64,000 nt of DNA from an uncultured archaeon (GTDB lineage: Archaea > Asgardarchaeota > Heimdallarchaeia > Heimdallarchaeales > Heimdallarchaeaceae). The stretch is from the NCBI GenBank assembly GCA_964590855.1, contig CAZPXJ010000002.1, positions 21,814-85,813 on the forward strand, given 5' to 3'. The notes beneath the pieces were generated by a model. The model was not told where the DNA came from, searched no databases, and saw nothing but the letters and a program-made list of their open reading frames with translations. Positions 9,119 to 17,498 of this stretch are shown one piece after another (within the stretch, counting starts at the first letter, position 1; each line of letters starts with the position of its first letter). Position numbers and translations under genes: made by a program.

Positions 9119-11304
9119 TTTTCAAATTTCTCGATTAACCCCATAACAGATTCTACGTAATCTCTGGATTGGGGTTTAGTATAGTAAACCTGTTCTTCAT
9201 TTAACAAACTGTTGGCAATTCCTCTTCCTATTGAAAGAATTTCTAATGTCTCTGCAATTAAGAAAGATGGAATATATTTTCGAATAGTCTTCTCTTGTAA
9301 ATCTTCATTAACTGCAAGAAGATTAACTGGTACGGTTCGACTTAGATACCCAAGTAATTCCCAATATTCACCTAACATTGCTTTCCAAGGTTCTACAGAA
9401 GCATCAATTTCTCTAGATCTTTTAATTGCATCAATTTGTATTTCTTCAACTGAAACTAGCATCTCATATTTCTGCTCCTCTTCGTGAATCTTCTTAATCA
9501 TACGTCTTCGAATGATGAAATAAGTTAGAAGGAAAGCAAGAATGGGTGCGATCAAGCCTAATAGACTCAGAAAAATGAGGTTGTTCATTAAGGAATTCTT
9601 TTGTTCCTCTGTTAGTTCAGTTTCTACTCTGAAATGCTCGAATCTAGCTGATAAATCTTCTATTGCATCTATGACATCTATAAAAGAATAAGTAATTTGA
9701 GCTGAAAATAGATCGTGATAAGGATCAATCTCTCTATTAGGATGAATGAATCTTATTTTCGTTCTTCCTTCTGGAGTCTTTTCCAATTTTCCTTCCCCAT
9801 CTAAAATCAGATAATTCTCAGGTGAAGCACTATACACGATAGAATCTTCAGGCATAATAACAGTATATTCTATATTTGCTTTGGAATAATTATAATCTGT
9901 TTGAGTGTCATTTTGCAAATCTGGATTTATGAACAAAAGCCAGAAATAATCAAGATATACAAGGATGTTGCTGTTATTGTAATATGTATAAGGTCTAACA
10001 ATTTCATAGTGAATATAACCTTGAACATTTCTGATTAGAAATCTGTCACTAAACTGCTGATAAGATATTGGGACCTCAAACTCATTATATGCATTAAACT
10101 CCAGCACTTCACTAGTATCAATCCAAATACTGTAATTATCTACTGTGAATCCTATGTCAAAACGTACAGTCTCAAAAGCAATCCCGTCTGCATCTAAATC
10201 AACAACTGTTTCATAATCCATCACTTCATCTTGATTTAAGATTGGTTCAGCAGTTTCTATGGTGACCATCTTGTTATTAGCTACTGTCTGTAAACTCACA
10301 TCATCCGTAACTTGATCATTTAAGTGCAAGGTCGGTGATATCAGTAATAAGATAAAGAAAACATTGAACAGCGCCGACACCCGTTTTCTTGGGTCTTGCT
10401 CTCCTTCTATGTCTCTAAGCATTTTCTTTGGTAAGCTTCTTGCTTCATTTAAACGTGATTTGAATTTTCTTTTTGCCCTTAAGTAACCATAAAGAGCTGC
10501 GATAATACTAACTACAACAGCTAGAAAAGCAATTAATCGAAAGTAAGTTTGGAGTAAATCTAATAAACTCTCTATTTGCTCCAGCTCTTGCTCTTGGCTT
10601 TGGTTCTGATACATCTGTTCAGTAAACTGAAGATAAATGGGGTCAAAATTGTAAGTTATTTCATATGTGAGTGGATCATGAAACGGATCCATGGCTCTTT
10701 CCACATAATCCCAAGCTATTCCAAATGATTCCCCTTCTTTGACAATGACTGCATTATCAGTGGGGGCAAAACTGACTAAACCAGCTCCTTTAGGTAATAT
10801 CTGTTTATTGTGATAAGTTACAGGTGCGTATCTTTCTTCCCCTTCTGGTGTAAGATAACTGAACTGCGCCCAAAAGGTATCGAAGATAACTATAAAGTTT
10901 GTATCTATGAAGTTGTCTGGTTCACTATATACTTCTATTTTATAGTACAATTCTCTTGTTCTTGGATATATTCTGATTCGATCGTCTTGAAGATAGTAAT
11001 CCACATCTTGTGTAAGATTACCTATACCGTCCCAAAAAGCAATTAGTTGCATGTTAGGGACATTACCATAGATAGTGAGGTAACCTCCAGGGGAATTAAG
11101 ATCTACCCAATCAATATACCCGTTTGTATCGGTTATATTATCGCGATAATAATATTGATCTTTGCTGATGACAACAGTAAAATCAGTCTCTTGAGCTTGA
11201 ACATTATTGGTCTTTGAATAGAGTACAAAAGCGCTACTACCCACTAAAGCAACGAATTCTAAACTGAGGATTAATATTAAGATTAACTTACGTTCTATCT
11301 TCAT
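9097..11304 (-). CDS. Membrane protein built from two tandem copies of an ecto-domain + coiled-coil + TM module; MoxR operon member
   Basis: It has an N-terminal signal anchor. Each half ends with a similar block (MDPFHDPLTYEITYNF versus IDPYHDLFSAQITYSF) followed by a helical stretch and a TM helix with a basic stop-transfer (RAKRKFKSR / IRRRMIKK). Confidence 0.55.
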   Translation of the reverse strand: MKIERKLILILILSLEFVALVGSSAFVLYSKTNNVQAQETDFTVVISKDQYYYRDNITDTNGYIDWVDLNSPGGYLTIYGNVPNMQLIAFWDGIGNLTQDVDYYLQDDRIRIYPRTRELYYKIEVYSEPDNFIDTNFIVIFDTFWAQFSYLTPEGEERYAPVTYHNKQILPKGAGLVSFAPTDNAVIVKEGESFGIAWDYVERAMDPFHDPLTYEITYNFDPIYLQFTEQMYQNQSQEQELEQIESLLDLLQTYFRLIAFLAVVVSIIAALYGYLRAKRKFKSRLNEARSLPKKMLRDIEGEQDPRKRVSALFNVFFILLLISPTLHLNDQVTDDVSLQTVANNKMVTIETAEPILNQDEVMDYETVVDLDADGIAFETVRFDIGFTVDNYSIWIDTSEVLEFNAYNEFEVPISYQQFSDRFLIRNVQGYIHYEIVRPYTYYNNSNILVYLDYFWLLFINPDLQNDTQTDYNYSKANIEYTVIMPEDSIVYSASPENYLILDGEGKLEKTPEGRTKIRFIHPNREIDPYHDLFSAQITYSFIDVIDAIEDLSARFEHFRVETELTEEQKNSLMNNLIFLSLLGLIAPILAFLLTYFIIRRRMIKKIHEEEQKYEMLVSVEEIQIDAIKRSREIDASVEPWKAMLGEYWELLGYLSRTVPVNLLAVNEDLQEKTIRKYIPSFLIAETLEILSIGRGIANSLLNEEQVYYTKPQSRDYVESVMGLIEKFEKWRKEQK

Positions 11305-11316
11305 TCAATTCAATCT

Positions 11317-12342
11317 CTATGCTTGTACACTAGGGGCTGGAGTATGCTTTAATATTCTATCAATAATAATTTCAGAAGTTGTTCCATCAAATTCATATTC
11401 GGGTTTGATAAGTACTCTGTGTCTTAGAACGTTCTTAGCAACCTTTTGAATATCCAAAGGATTAACATACGTTCTACCATCCATAGCAGCTGTAGCTTTT
11501 GCAGCAATGGTCATCCATAAACTAGCTCTTGGACTAGCACCCATATAGACTTCTTCGCTCTCTCTGGTTAGATTAACAATCCTAACAATATACTTTGTAA
11601 GGTCTTCAGAAATGCTGACTTCTTTTCGAACAATTGTCTGTAATTCCAAAACTTCGTCTCCTGTCATAACAGGAACTATGTCTTCTAATTTATCATAAGA
11701 ATCATATTCACCAGTAAATCGATTTACAATTTCAACTTCATTCTCTTCTTCTGGATAAGTAACTAGAACCTTGAAAGCGAAACGATCAATCTGCGCTTCA
11801 GGTAGAGGATATGTTCCCTCGGTTTCTATGGGATTTTGGGTTGCAAACACTATAAATGGTGCTGGTAACTCATATGTTTTCTTTTCAACTGATACCTGTT
11901 TCTCTTGCATGCTTTCTAACATTGCTGCTTGAGTCTTTGGAGGTGCTCTGTTGATTTCATCTGCTAGAAGAAGATTTGTGAACACTGGACCTTGTTTGAA
12001 GTAAAAGTCTCCTGTTTCTGGTCTAAAAGCCATAACTCCCGTTACATCAGAAGGCATAAGATCTGGTGTAAATTGAATTCTTTTGAAGTCTGCAGATATT
12101 GCTTTTGCTAATGCACGAGCCATGAGTGTTTTTGCAATTCCTGGTACACCTTCAAGAAGAACATGACCATCAGCTAGAATTGCAGCAATCATTGAATCTA
12201 TAACTTTTTCTTGACCAACTATAACTTTGCTGATGCTTTCTTTGATTAGTTGAATTTTTTTAGATATATCTTTGATGCCAACTTTGGTAGATTTTATTTT
12301 TTTCTGTGAAGTTTTTTTCTCCTTAGAACTCATTATTGACAC
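11317..12342 (-). CDS. MoxR-family AAA+ ATPase
   Basis: It has Walker A GVPGIAKT, Walker B LLADEINRAPPKTQ, and QNPIETEGTYPLPEAQIDRF, typical of the MoxR/RavA clade. It is the first gene of the tightly packed minus-strand operon. Confidence 0.9.
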   Translation of the reverse strand: MSIMSSKEKKTSQKKIKSTKVGIKDISKKIQLIKESISKVIVGQEKVIDSMIAAILADGHVLLEGVPGIAKTLMARALAKAISADFKRIQFTPDLMPSDVTGVMAFRPETGDFYFKQGPVFTNLLLADEINRAPPKTQAAMLESMQEKQVSVEKKTYELPAPFIVFATQNPIETEGTYPLPEAQIDRFAFKVLVTYPEEENEVEIVNRFTGEYDSYDKLEDIVPVMTGDEVLELQTIVRKEVSISEDLTKYIVRIVNLTRESEEVYMGASPRASLWMTIAAKATAAMDGRTYVNPLDIQKVAKNVLRHRVLIKPEYEFDGTTSEIIIDRILKHTPAPSVQA

Positions 12343-12428
12343 TCCTTAAGTAGAAAAGGCTAATTCCCTTATAAACATATTTTATTAAAAGAAATTAAAA
12401 CTATCTAAAGACCAAAAAATATTTGGTA

Positions 12429-13142
12429 TCATGTTTCTTCTTTTACAGCTTTCTTACTAGGTTTTGAAGGCAGTTCTTCTTCCCATTCTTCATCAAAATC
12501 CCACTGTGAAAGCGATAAGGTAAATGAAGAATCTTCTTTTCCAGGACATTCGATTCTTATGGTAAGTTGATCTTTGGAAATCTCTTCTACTTCGGGATGT
12601 AAACAGTTTTCTTCAAGAATGTCCATAAGAGCTGCTACATATGTATTTGAAATTTGGTTGATGCTCTCCTCTTGGATTTTGAGACCAACCTCTCCCAATT
12701 TGTAACAGGTTTTACGACCATCTTTGAATTTCTCAACTAAGTTTGCTTGTGTCATTCTATCAGCATGATGTCTTACCGTATCATGATGAATACCTAATGA
12801 TTTGGAAATTACTGTTTGGTGAACGCCTTCATCGTTCAAAATAGCAGCAAAAATCTTTCTTGCAGTAGCATGTTTTAAAACCACAAAAGCTTTTTCTACA
12901 TCTTCATCTCTTAAAGTTCTAGAAAAATAAACTCTTTTCCCTCCGAATTTAGTTGTCTTGATTAAATTAGCTTCCTCCAGTTTCCTGAGATGCCAGTTAA
13001 TAGTACCATGTGGTGCAGTTAACGTACTAGATAATTCAAAAAAATATGCACCAGGAGTTTCGCATACGAGTCTATAAATCTCTCGACGCAATGGATGGAG
13101 AAGCAAAGTGAGACGTTTTTCCTTTTCTCTCCGTGGTACCAA
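12429..13142 (-). CDS. Transcriptional regulator with two ArsR-type winged helix-turn-helix domains
   Basis: The two wHTH units are HPLRREIYRLVCETPGAYFFELSSTL...INWHLRKLEEANLIK and ARKIFAAILNDEGVHQTVISKSLGIHHDTVRHHADRMTQANLVE. It has a TTG start preceded by CTTAAGGAG and lies 86 nt upstream of the MoxR gene on the same strand. Confidence 0.7.
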   Translation of the reverse strand: MVPRREKEKRLTLLLHPLRREIYRLVCETPGAYFFELSSTLTAPHGTINWHLRKLEEANLIKTTKFGGKRVYFSRTLRDEDVEKAFVVLKHATARKIFAAILNDEGVHQTVISKSLGIHHDTVRHHADRMTQANLVEKFKDGRKTCYKLGEVGLKIQEESINQISNTYVAALMDILEENCLHPEVEEISKDQLTIRIECPGKEDSSFTLSLSQWDFDEEWEEELPSKPSKKAVKEET

Positions 13143-13160
13143 AGATGTTCTCTCCTTAAG

Positions 13161-13210
13161 CTATTTATTAATTACTTTATGTATCTACGTTTATTTAACT
13201 ATTTTGCGTG
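13161..13210 (-). promoter_or_regulatory. Candidate promoter/operator of the tandem-wHTH regulator (TATA-like box plus ATGTA-NN-TACGT dyad)
   Basis: It is a near-copy (32/37 nt in the core, by manual alignment) of the element at 13821-13870 and lies at the same ~50 nt distance from the start codon. The dyad is at 13179-13190. Confidence 0.5.
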
Positions 13211-13226
13211 CAATTTATGTTTATCT

Positions 13227-13358
13227 TTATCTAAACAGAAAATGTAAGCTTGAATTAATGAAAAAAATAGGGGTCTCACATACAAGACGGTAAATCTCTC
13301 GGTGTAATGGATGGAGAAGCAAAGTGAGACGTTTGTCCTTTACTCTCCTTTGAACCAA
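13227..13358 (-). pseudogene. Duplicated 5' fragment of the wHTH regulator gene (43-codon ORF; gene remnant or small protein)
   Basis: The first 30 codons give MVQRRVKDKRLTLLLHPLHREIYRLVCETP, compared with MVPRREKEKRLTLLLHPLRREIYRLVCETP in 12429..13142. It has the same TTG start and the same GGAG context. It begins 15 nt after the stop of the upstream gene. Confidence 0.5.
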
Positions 13359-13372
13359 AAACGGTTCACTCC

Positions 13373-13801
13373 TTAAACTGTTAAAGTATCAACTTCTACA
13401 CTTGATACTCCTTCAATTCGCTCAAGTTCATCCTTGATTTGATCAATGCTAACTTCCTTAAGCTCATCAGAGTCAATATAACCTTCATACACACAAGCAG
13501 ATTGAGTAAAACATAGACCTGTACTGTACAGAGTCTTAATACCGAGTCTGATGAAAATAGAACCCATTTTTCGAAGGAAATCAGGAGATAATTTTCCGAT
13601 ATTAATATTGATTTTTGCTACTTCATTAGTGCTTGTAGGAATTATTCTAATGATCCTAGTATTAGGTGCAAGAATCAACACTGCAAAAGTTTTACCATCT
13701 GGTTTGAGAGCTGATAGGAATTCTTCTGGTAGTTCAATTGGCTTCTCGGCCTCTAATTTCACCATCTTTGCGATTGTAACTGATTGTTTTTCGCTGCTCA
13801 T
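13373..13801 (-). CDS. Small putative regulator: AbrB/SpoVT-like N-terminal segment plus ACT-like C-terminal domain (tentative)
   Basis: The N-terminus (VTIAKMVKLEAEKPIELPEEFLSAL...IIRIIP) resembles swapped-hairpin DNA-binding modules. The C-terminus has a beta-alpha-beta-beta-alpha-beta pattern (IFIRLGIKTLY...IDQIKDELERIEGVSSVEV). The domain calls are by eye only. Confidence 0.35.
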   Translation of the reverse strand: MSSEKQSVTIAKMVKLEAEKPIELPEEFLSALKPDGKTFAVLILAPNTRIIRIIPTSTNEVAKININIGKLSPDFLRKMGSIFIRLGIKTLYSTGLCFTQSACVYEGYIDSDELKEVSIDQIKDELERIEGVSSVEVDTLTV

Positions 13802-13820
13802 TTTCTTTTTTCTCCATCTG

Positions 13821-13870
13821 TAACTATTATTGATTACTATATGTAATTACATTTATATAACTATTTTGCC
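13821..13870 (-). promoter_or_regulatory. Candidate promoter/operator (TTATATAAAT TATA box followed by the perfect palindrome ATGTAATTACAT)
   Basis: The palindrome is at 13841-13852. The element is paralogous to 13161-13210 and lies ~50 nt upstream of the start codon at 13801. Confidence 0.5.
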
Positions 13871-14036
13871 TTTCTTAAATACTTTACGCTACTGCGGATG
13901 ATATTCGGGTGTTTTTTTTTATTAAATTTACAAACGTTTAACTAAAGATTCGATTCAAAATTGAACGATCAAAAAATAATGCAATAACTTTTAATAACAC
14001 TCGAACCTTTTTCACTTTATACTCGAGGTAGCTATT

Positions 14037-15581
14037 ATGGGTGAATTAACTGCAAATAAAATTGGCGATGAAATAGAGGATCTTTATTCGATTCCTCATC
14101 CTAAACGATCATTAATAGGTATTTTCATATCAACTTTCTTTCTACGAGTTGCATTTGGAAGCACAACCGTTTTGATGCCAATCTACATCTTTCAACATTT
14201 GAAAGGAATGGATGGGTGGATAGGTCACTTTAGTATTGTTATCGTAGAAATAACCTATGCAGTAGCAGTGATATTAAGTTCGGGATATTTTGGCTTTCGC
14301 TCTGATACATCAAACTCAAAAAGATGGATTTTATTGGGTACTGCTGCTGGAGGAATGATATTGGCAGGTTATGGAATTTGTGCCTTAAATTGGGACGGTT
14401 GGATAGGAATCACGCCATTAGTAAATGGATTACTAATATTTGGGATGAGCGTCTATCACTTCTTACATGGTCTTGCGGGTTCATGTAAAGTAAATGCTTC
14501 ATATGGGTATATTTCCAGATTTTCTGTTTATGAAAATAGAGCTACGCGAATAGGTTTTTACAATGCTTTTGTAACAGGTGGAAGAGCCGTTGGAGTAATT
14601 CTTGCTGGTGTTTTATACGATGCTATTGTTGGAGTAACCGAAATAGATGAAACAACCTGGCATCCAACGAATCCTCATAAGTTAATCTATCTTTATCTGA
14701 TATTTGGTTTCGCAATTATAATCTCAGCTGTTATTGTATATTTCATGTTGGACAAAACAAAATCGGTTGTGCAAGAAGAGAAATACAGTATAAAGAAAGA
14801 ATTGTTAACCTCCTGGAGACTCATAAAGGATAAGGGTAGAAGAGGAATTGTTTTGCCTCTTCTGGGAACAGCTTCAATTATAGGTATTCTAAATAACTGG
14901 GGGTTTTTGATTCTTTCTTTGGAATCAACTCCTGGTTCTGCTAGTTGGACCACTGTCCTCTTTACACTATCTATGGGGGTTCCAATGGCATTGTGGGGTT
15001 GGTTAGCAGATAAAATCGGAAGAAGAAAGACTCTATGGATAGGTGTTGCAGGCTTGCTGATAATGTCAATTATGATTGGAATTGCTTTCTTTGGGAATTA
15101 CCTAACAGGTGGAAATCCATGGTATGATCCTTCTTCACAATTTGACCCAAGTGGTTTCATACAACCTCAGAATCTATGGCTGACCATAATTCTCATTATT
15201 TCTTTACTCATGGGTTCAGCTTATTTTCCTGCAATTAGTGGGAGATTAGGTGATAGTAGTTCTCTTGGAGTTACAGAGAAATCTGTAGATGAAACAGAAG
15301 AACTTGAAAGGACAGCTGAATTTCATGGCGCAACTATGAGTATTCAACAAACAATCCTATCGATCAGCGAAATCATTGGAATAGTTGTAGGAGGGGTTGC
15401 TTTAATGATTGTATACGCATTAGCAAAAACTGCTACTAATTTTGCTTACAATATGATTGGTATGATTGTCCCCATACTGATACTTCTTATCTTTACAACT
15501 ATAGTGTCCTTCTTGTGGCCAGCTGAAGAAGATTTCCTAAAAAATAGTAAAGTAAGAAGAAAAGAGCAGAGTGAAAAGTAG
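14037..15581 (+). CDS. Major facilitator superfamily transporter
   Basis: It has ~12-14 hydrophobic helices, an MFS-like loop motif (DKIGRRKTLWIG) and a hydrophilic central loop. Confidence 0.7.
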   Translation: MGELTANKIGDEIEDLYSIPHPKRSLIGIFISTFFLRVAFGSTTVLMPIYIFQHLKGMDGWIGHFSIVIVEITYAVAVILSSGYFGFRSDTSNSKRWILLGTAAGGMILAGYGICALNWDGWIGITPLVNGLLIFGMSVYHFLHGLAGSCKVNASYGYISRFSVYENRATRIGFYNAFVTGGRAVGVILAGVLYDAIVGVTEIDETTWHPTNPHKLIYLYLIFGFAIIISAVIVYFMLDKTKSVVQEEKYSIKKELLTSWRLIKDKGRRGIVLPLLGTASIIGILNNWGFLILSLESTPGSASWTTVLFTLSMGVPMALWGWLADKIGRRKTLWIGVAGLLIMSIMIGIAFFGNYLTGGNPWYDPSSQFDPSGFIQPQNLWLTIILIISLLMGSAYFPAISGRLGDSSSLGVTEKSVDETEELERTAEFHGATMSIQQTILSISEIIGIVVGGVALMIVYALAKTATNFAYNMIGMIVPILILLIFTTIVSFLWPAEEDFLKNSKVRRKEQSEK

Positions 15582-15648
15582 TTGAAATTATTTGTCAAAA
15601 AATGCTCTTACCCACACTTTTTTAATCTAGTATTTCTGGCATCTTCCA

Positions 15649-16527
15649 ATGAGAAATAATTGGTTGTTTCTAAACCAGATGTCGTTTAATACTGATTTGA
15701 TAGATTCTAACACAACCGTAATTGTAGGTTTTTCAGGTTATGGTTCAGTCGGAACTACTGTTCTGAATCACATCATTGAAAAGCTACAAATTGAATCTAT
15801 TGGTTTCTGGGGAACTATGAGCTGGTTTCATAAAGGAATTTTGGAAACACCAATAACAATTTACAACTTGGATGTTAAATCCAAAGATGAAAAAGAGAAT
15901 TTTGTTTTAGTAACTTCTAGACTACCAATACCTGTTGTAGGACATAATGCCCTACCAGATGCATTCTGGAAATGGCTTTCACAAGAAATTCTCTCATGGA
16001 AAGCTAAACGTTATGTAATCATTGGTGGATTAAGAGAAGATATTCGAAATTCTTCTGATGATTCTTGGACGACTCTAATCCCAACCAAAGAATATACAGA
16101 GATTTATGGAACAAAACGAACTTTCAAAGATGATCTAACAATTAAAGGACCAATCAGTTTTCTTCTTACAGAAGGAACCGCCTATAATCTTCCGGTTCTT
16201 GGTATTTTATCATATTGTAACACTTATGACATAGACTTAGATGCAGCTTTGATGGCTTTGAAAGATCTTGAAAAACAACTTGAATTGGATCTAGACTCAA
16301 AAGAAATAGAGGAGTTTGACCTTTCATTTCTAGAAAATCAACTTGAATTATTCCTAGACGAAGCAGAATTCGACGAAGATTATGATCCTGATTTTGAAGA
16401 AGAGTATGATGAAGAATTCGAAAACTTTGATGCAAAAGAGAATGAAAAACGGCAATTTTCTGCAGATGAAGGTTCTTCTTTTAGCTTAGATAGAACAAAC
16501 AAAGATGATTTGAACAAATATAGATAA
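15649..16527 (+). CDS. PAC2 (proteasome assembly chaperone 2)-like protein with a long acidic C-terminal tail
   Basis: The N-terminal VIVGFSGYGSVGTTVLNHIIEKL matches the G-x-P/S-G-x-G-x-VG pattern of the PAC2/COG1938 family. The tail is D/E-rich (DEAEFDEDYDPDFEEEYDEEFENFD). An alternative ATG lies at 15679. Confidence 0.45.
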   Translation: MRNNWLFLNQMSFNTDLIDSNTTVIVGFSGYGSVGTTVLNHIIEKLQIESIGFWGTMSWFHKGILETPITIYNLDVKSKDEKENFVLVTSRLPIPVVGHNALPDAFWKWLSQEILSWKAKRYVIIGGLREDIRNSSDDSWTTLIPTKEYTEIYGTKRTFKDDLTIKGPISFLLTEGTAYNLPVLGILSYCNTYDIDLDAALMALKDLEKQLELDLDSKEIEEFDLSFLENQLELFLDEAEFDEDYDPDFEEEYDEEFENFDAKENEKRQFSADEGSSFSLDRTNKDDLNKYR

Positions 16528-17445
16528 TCATGAGATTATCTCTTTAAAATCACTTATCTCTTCAAAGGTAATTGCATTTACAGGACATACATTGATACAA
16601 ATTCCACATGCTTTGCAATAGGTTTTGATGACCTTAACTATATCACCTTCTTTATGTATGGTTCCTTCTGGACAGTGGAAGAAACACTGTAAGCACTGAA
16701 TACATTTTTCTTGGTCGATATATGCTTTTTCGCTACTCCAAGCACCAGTTATTCTTGAAACAGCGGCACCAGGACCTATCTTTTGACCTGACTCTAGTTC
16801 CATCTTTGGGATAATCGTTCCAATAGGTAATTCATCAACAGTTGGTAACCAGGTACGAATTTTTGTGTTATTCCCCCCACCTTGAGTCTCTCCAAAAACT
16901 GTTTCTTCATATGCTATTCTTGCTGCTTCAATATTCATTTTGGCCATACGGTTACCCAAACGTGTTCCAAAAACAGACATTATTCCTCTTTCTAAGTTCT
17001 CGAAAGTGATGAATTCTGAACTCCTAACTAAAGCTCCTAACATTGCACTATTAACAACTGGTTGAACTAAGAATTCTTTTGCAATCTTCGTTGCATCAAC
17101 AGCTGCTACTTGTGTTGGTCTTGAAAGCTTTATTTGTTCAGGTTTCTTTGGTGAGTTCAATACTCCTATTCCATCAGGTTTTAAGCCTTGGACTACGTTC
17201 ACTAGCTCTAAAAGAGAATCTTCCAAAACCACAATGATATCGGGTTCATAAATCTGTGTTCTCTTATAGATTTTCTTATCATCAATTCGTGCAAACGCTA
17301 AAACTAAAGCACCTCTTCTTTCAGCACCAAACGAGGGGATAGCAATTGCGTGCTTACCCGAATAAAAAACAGCTTTTGTTAATGCTCTTGATGCTAGAAC
17401 AGAACCTGTCCCACCTCTACCATGGAATCGGATTTCTAACATCAT
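16528..17445 (-). CDS. 2-oxoacid:ferredoxin oxidoreductase gamma subunit fused to a delta (2x[4Fe-4S] ferredoxin) domain
   Basis: The N-terminus (IRFHGRGGTGSVLASRALTKAV...IPSFGAERRGA) matches the POR/VOR gamma signature. The C-terminus has CIQCLQCFFHCP and CKACGICINVCP cluster motifs. Confidence 0.85.
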   Translation of the reverse strand: MMLEIRFHGRGGTGSVLASRALTKAVFYSGKHAIAIPSFGAERRGALVLAFARIDDKKIYKRTQIYEPDIIVVLEDSLLELVNVVQGLKPDGIGVLNSPKKPEQIKLSRPTQVAAVDATKIAKEFLVQPVVNSAMLGALVRSSEFITFENLERGIMSVFGTRLGNRMAKMNIEAARIAYEETVFGETQGGGNNTKIRTWLPTVDELPIGTIIPKMELESGQKIGPGAAVSRITGAWSSEKAYIDQEKCIQCLQCFFHCPEGTIHKEGDIVKVIKTYCKACGICINVCPVNAITFEEISDFKEIIS

Positions 17446-17498
17446 ATGTCACTATAGTCAAAGACCTCTAAGTACAATATAAAATTGTTGGAAGAACA

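Noticed and set aside
13890-13920. A GC-richer patch (ctactgcggatgatattcgggtg) followed by T9, considered as a C/D-box sRNA or terminator.
   Set aside because: GGATGATA does not match the RUGAUGA C-box. There is no D-box (CUGA) at a suitable distance, and no stable hairpin precedes the T-run.
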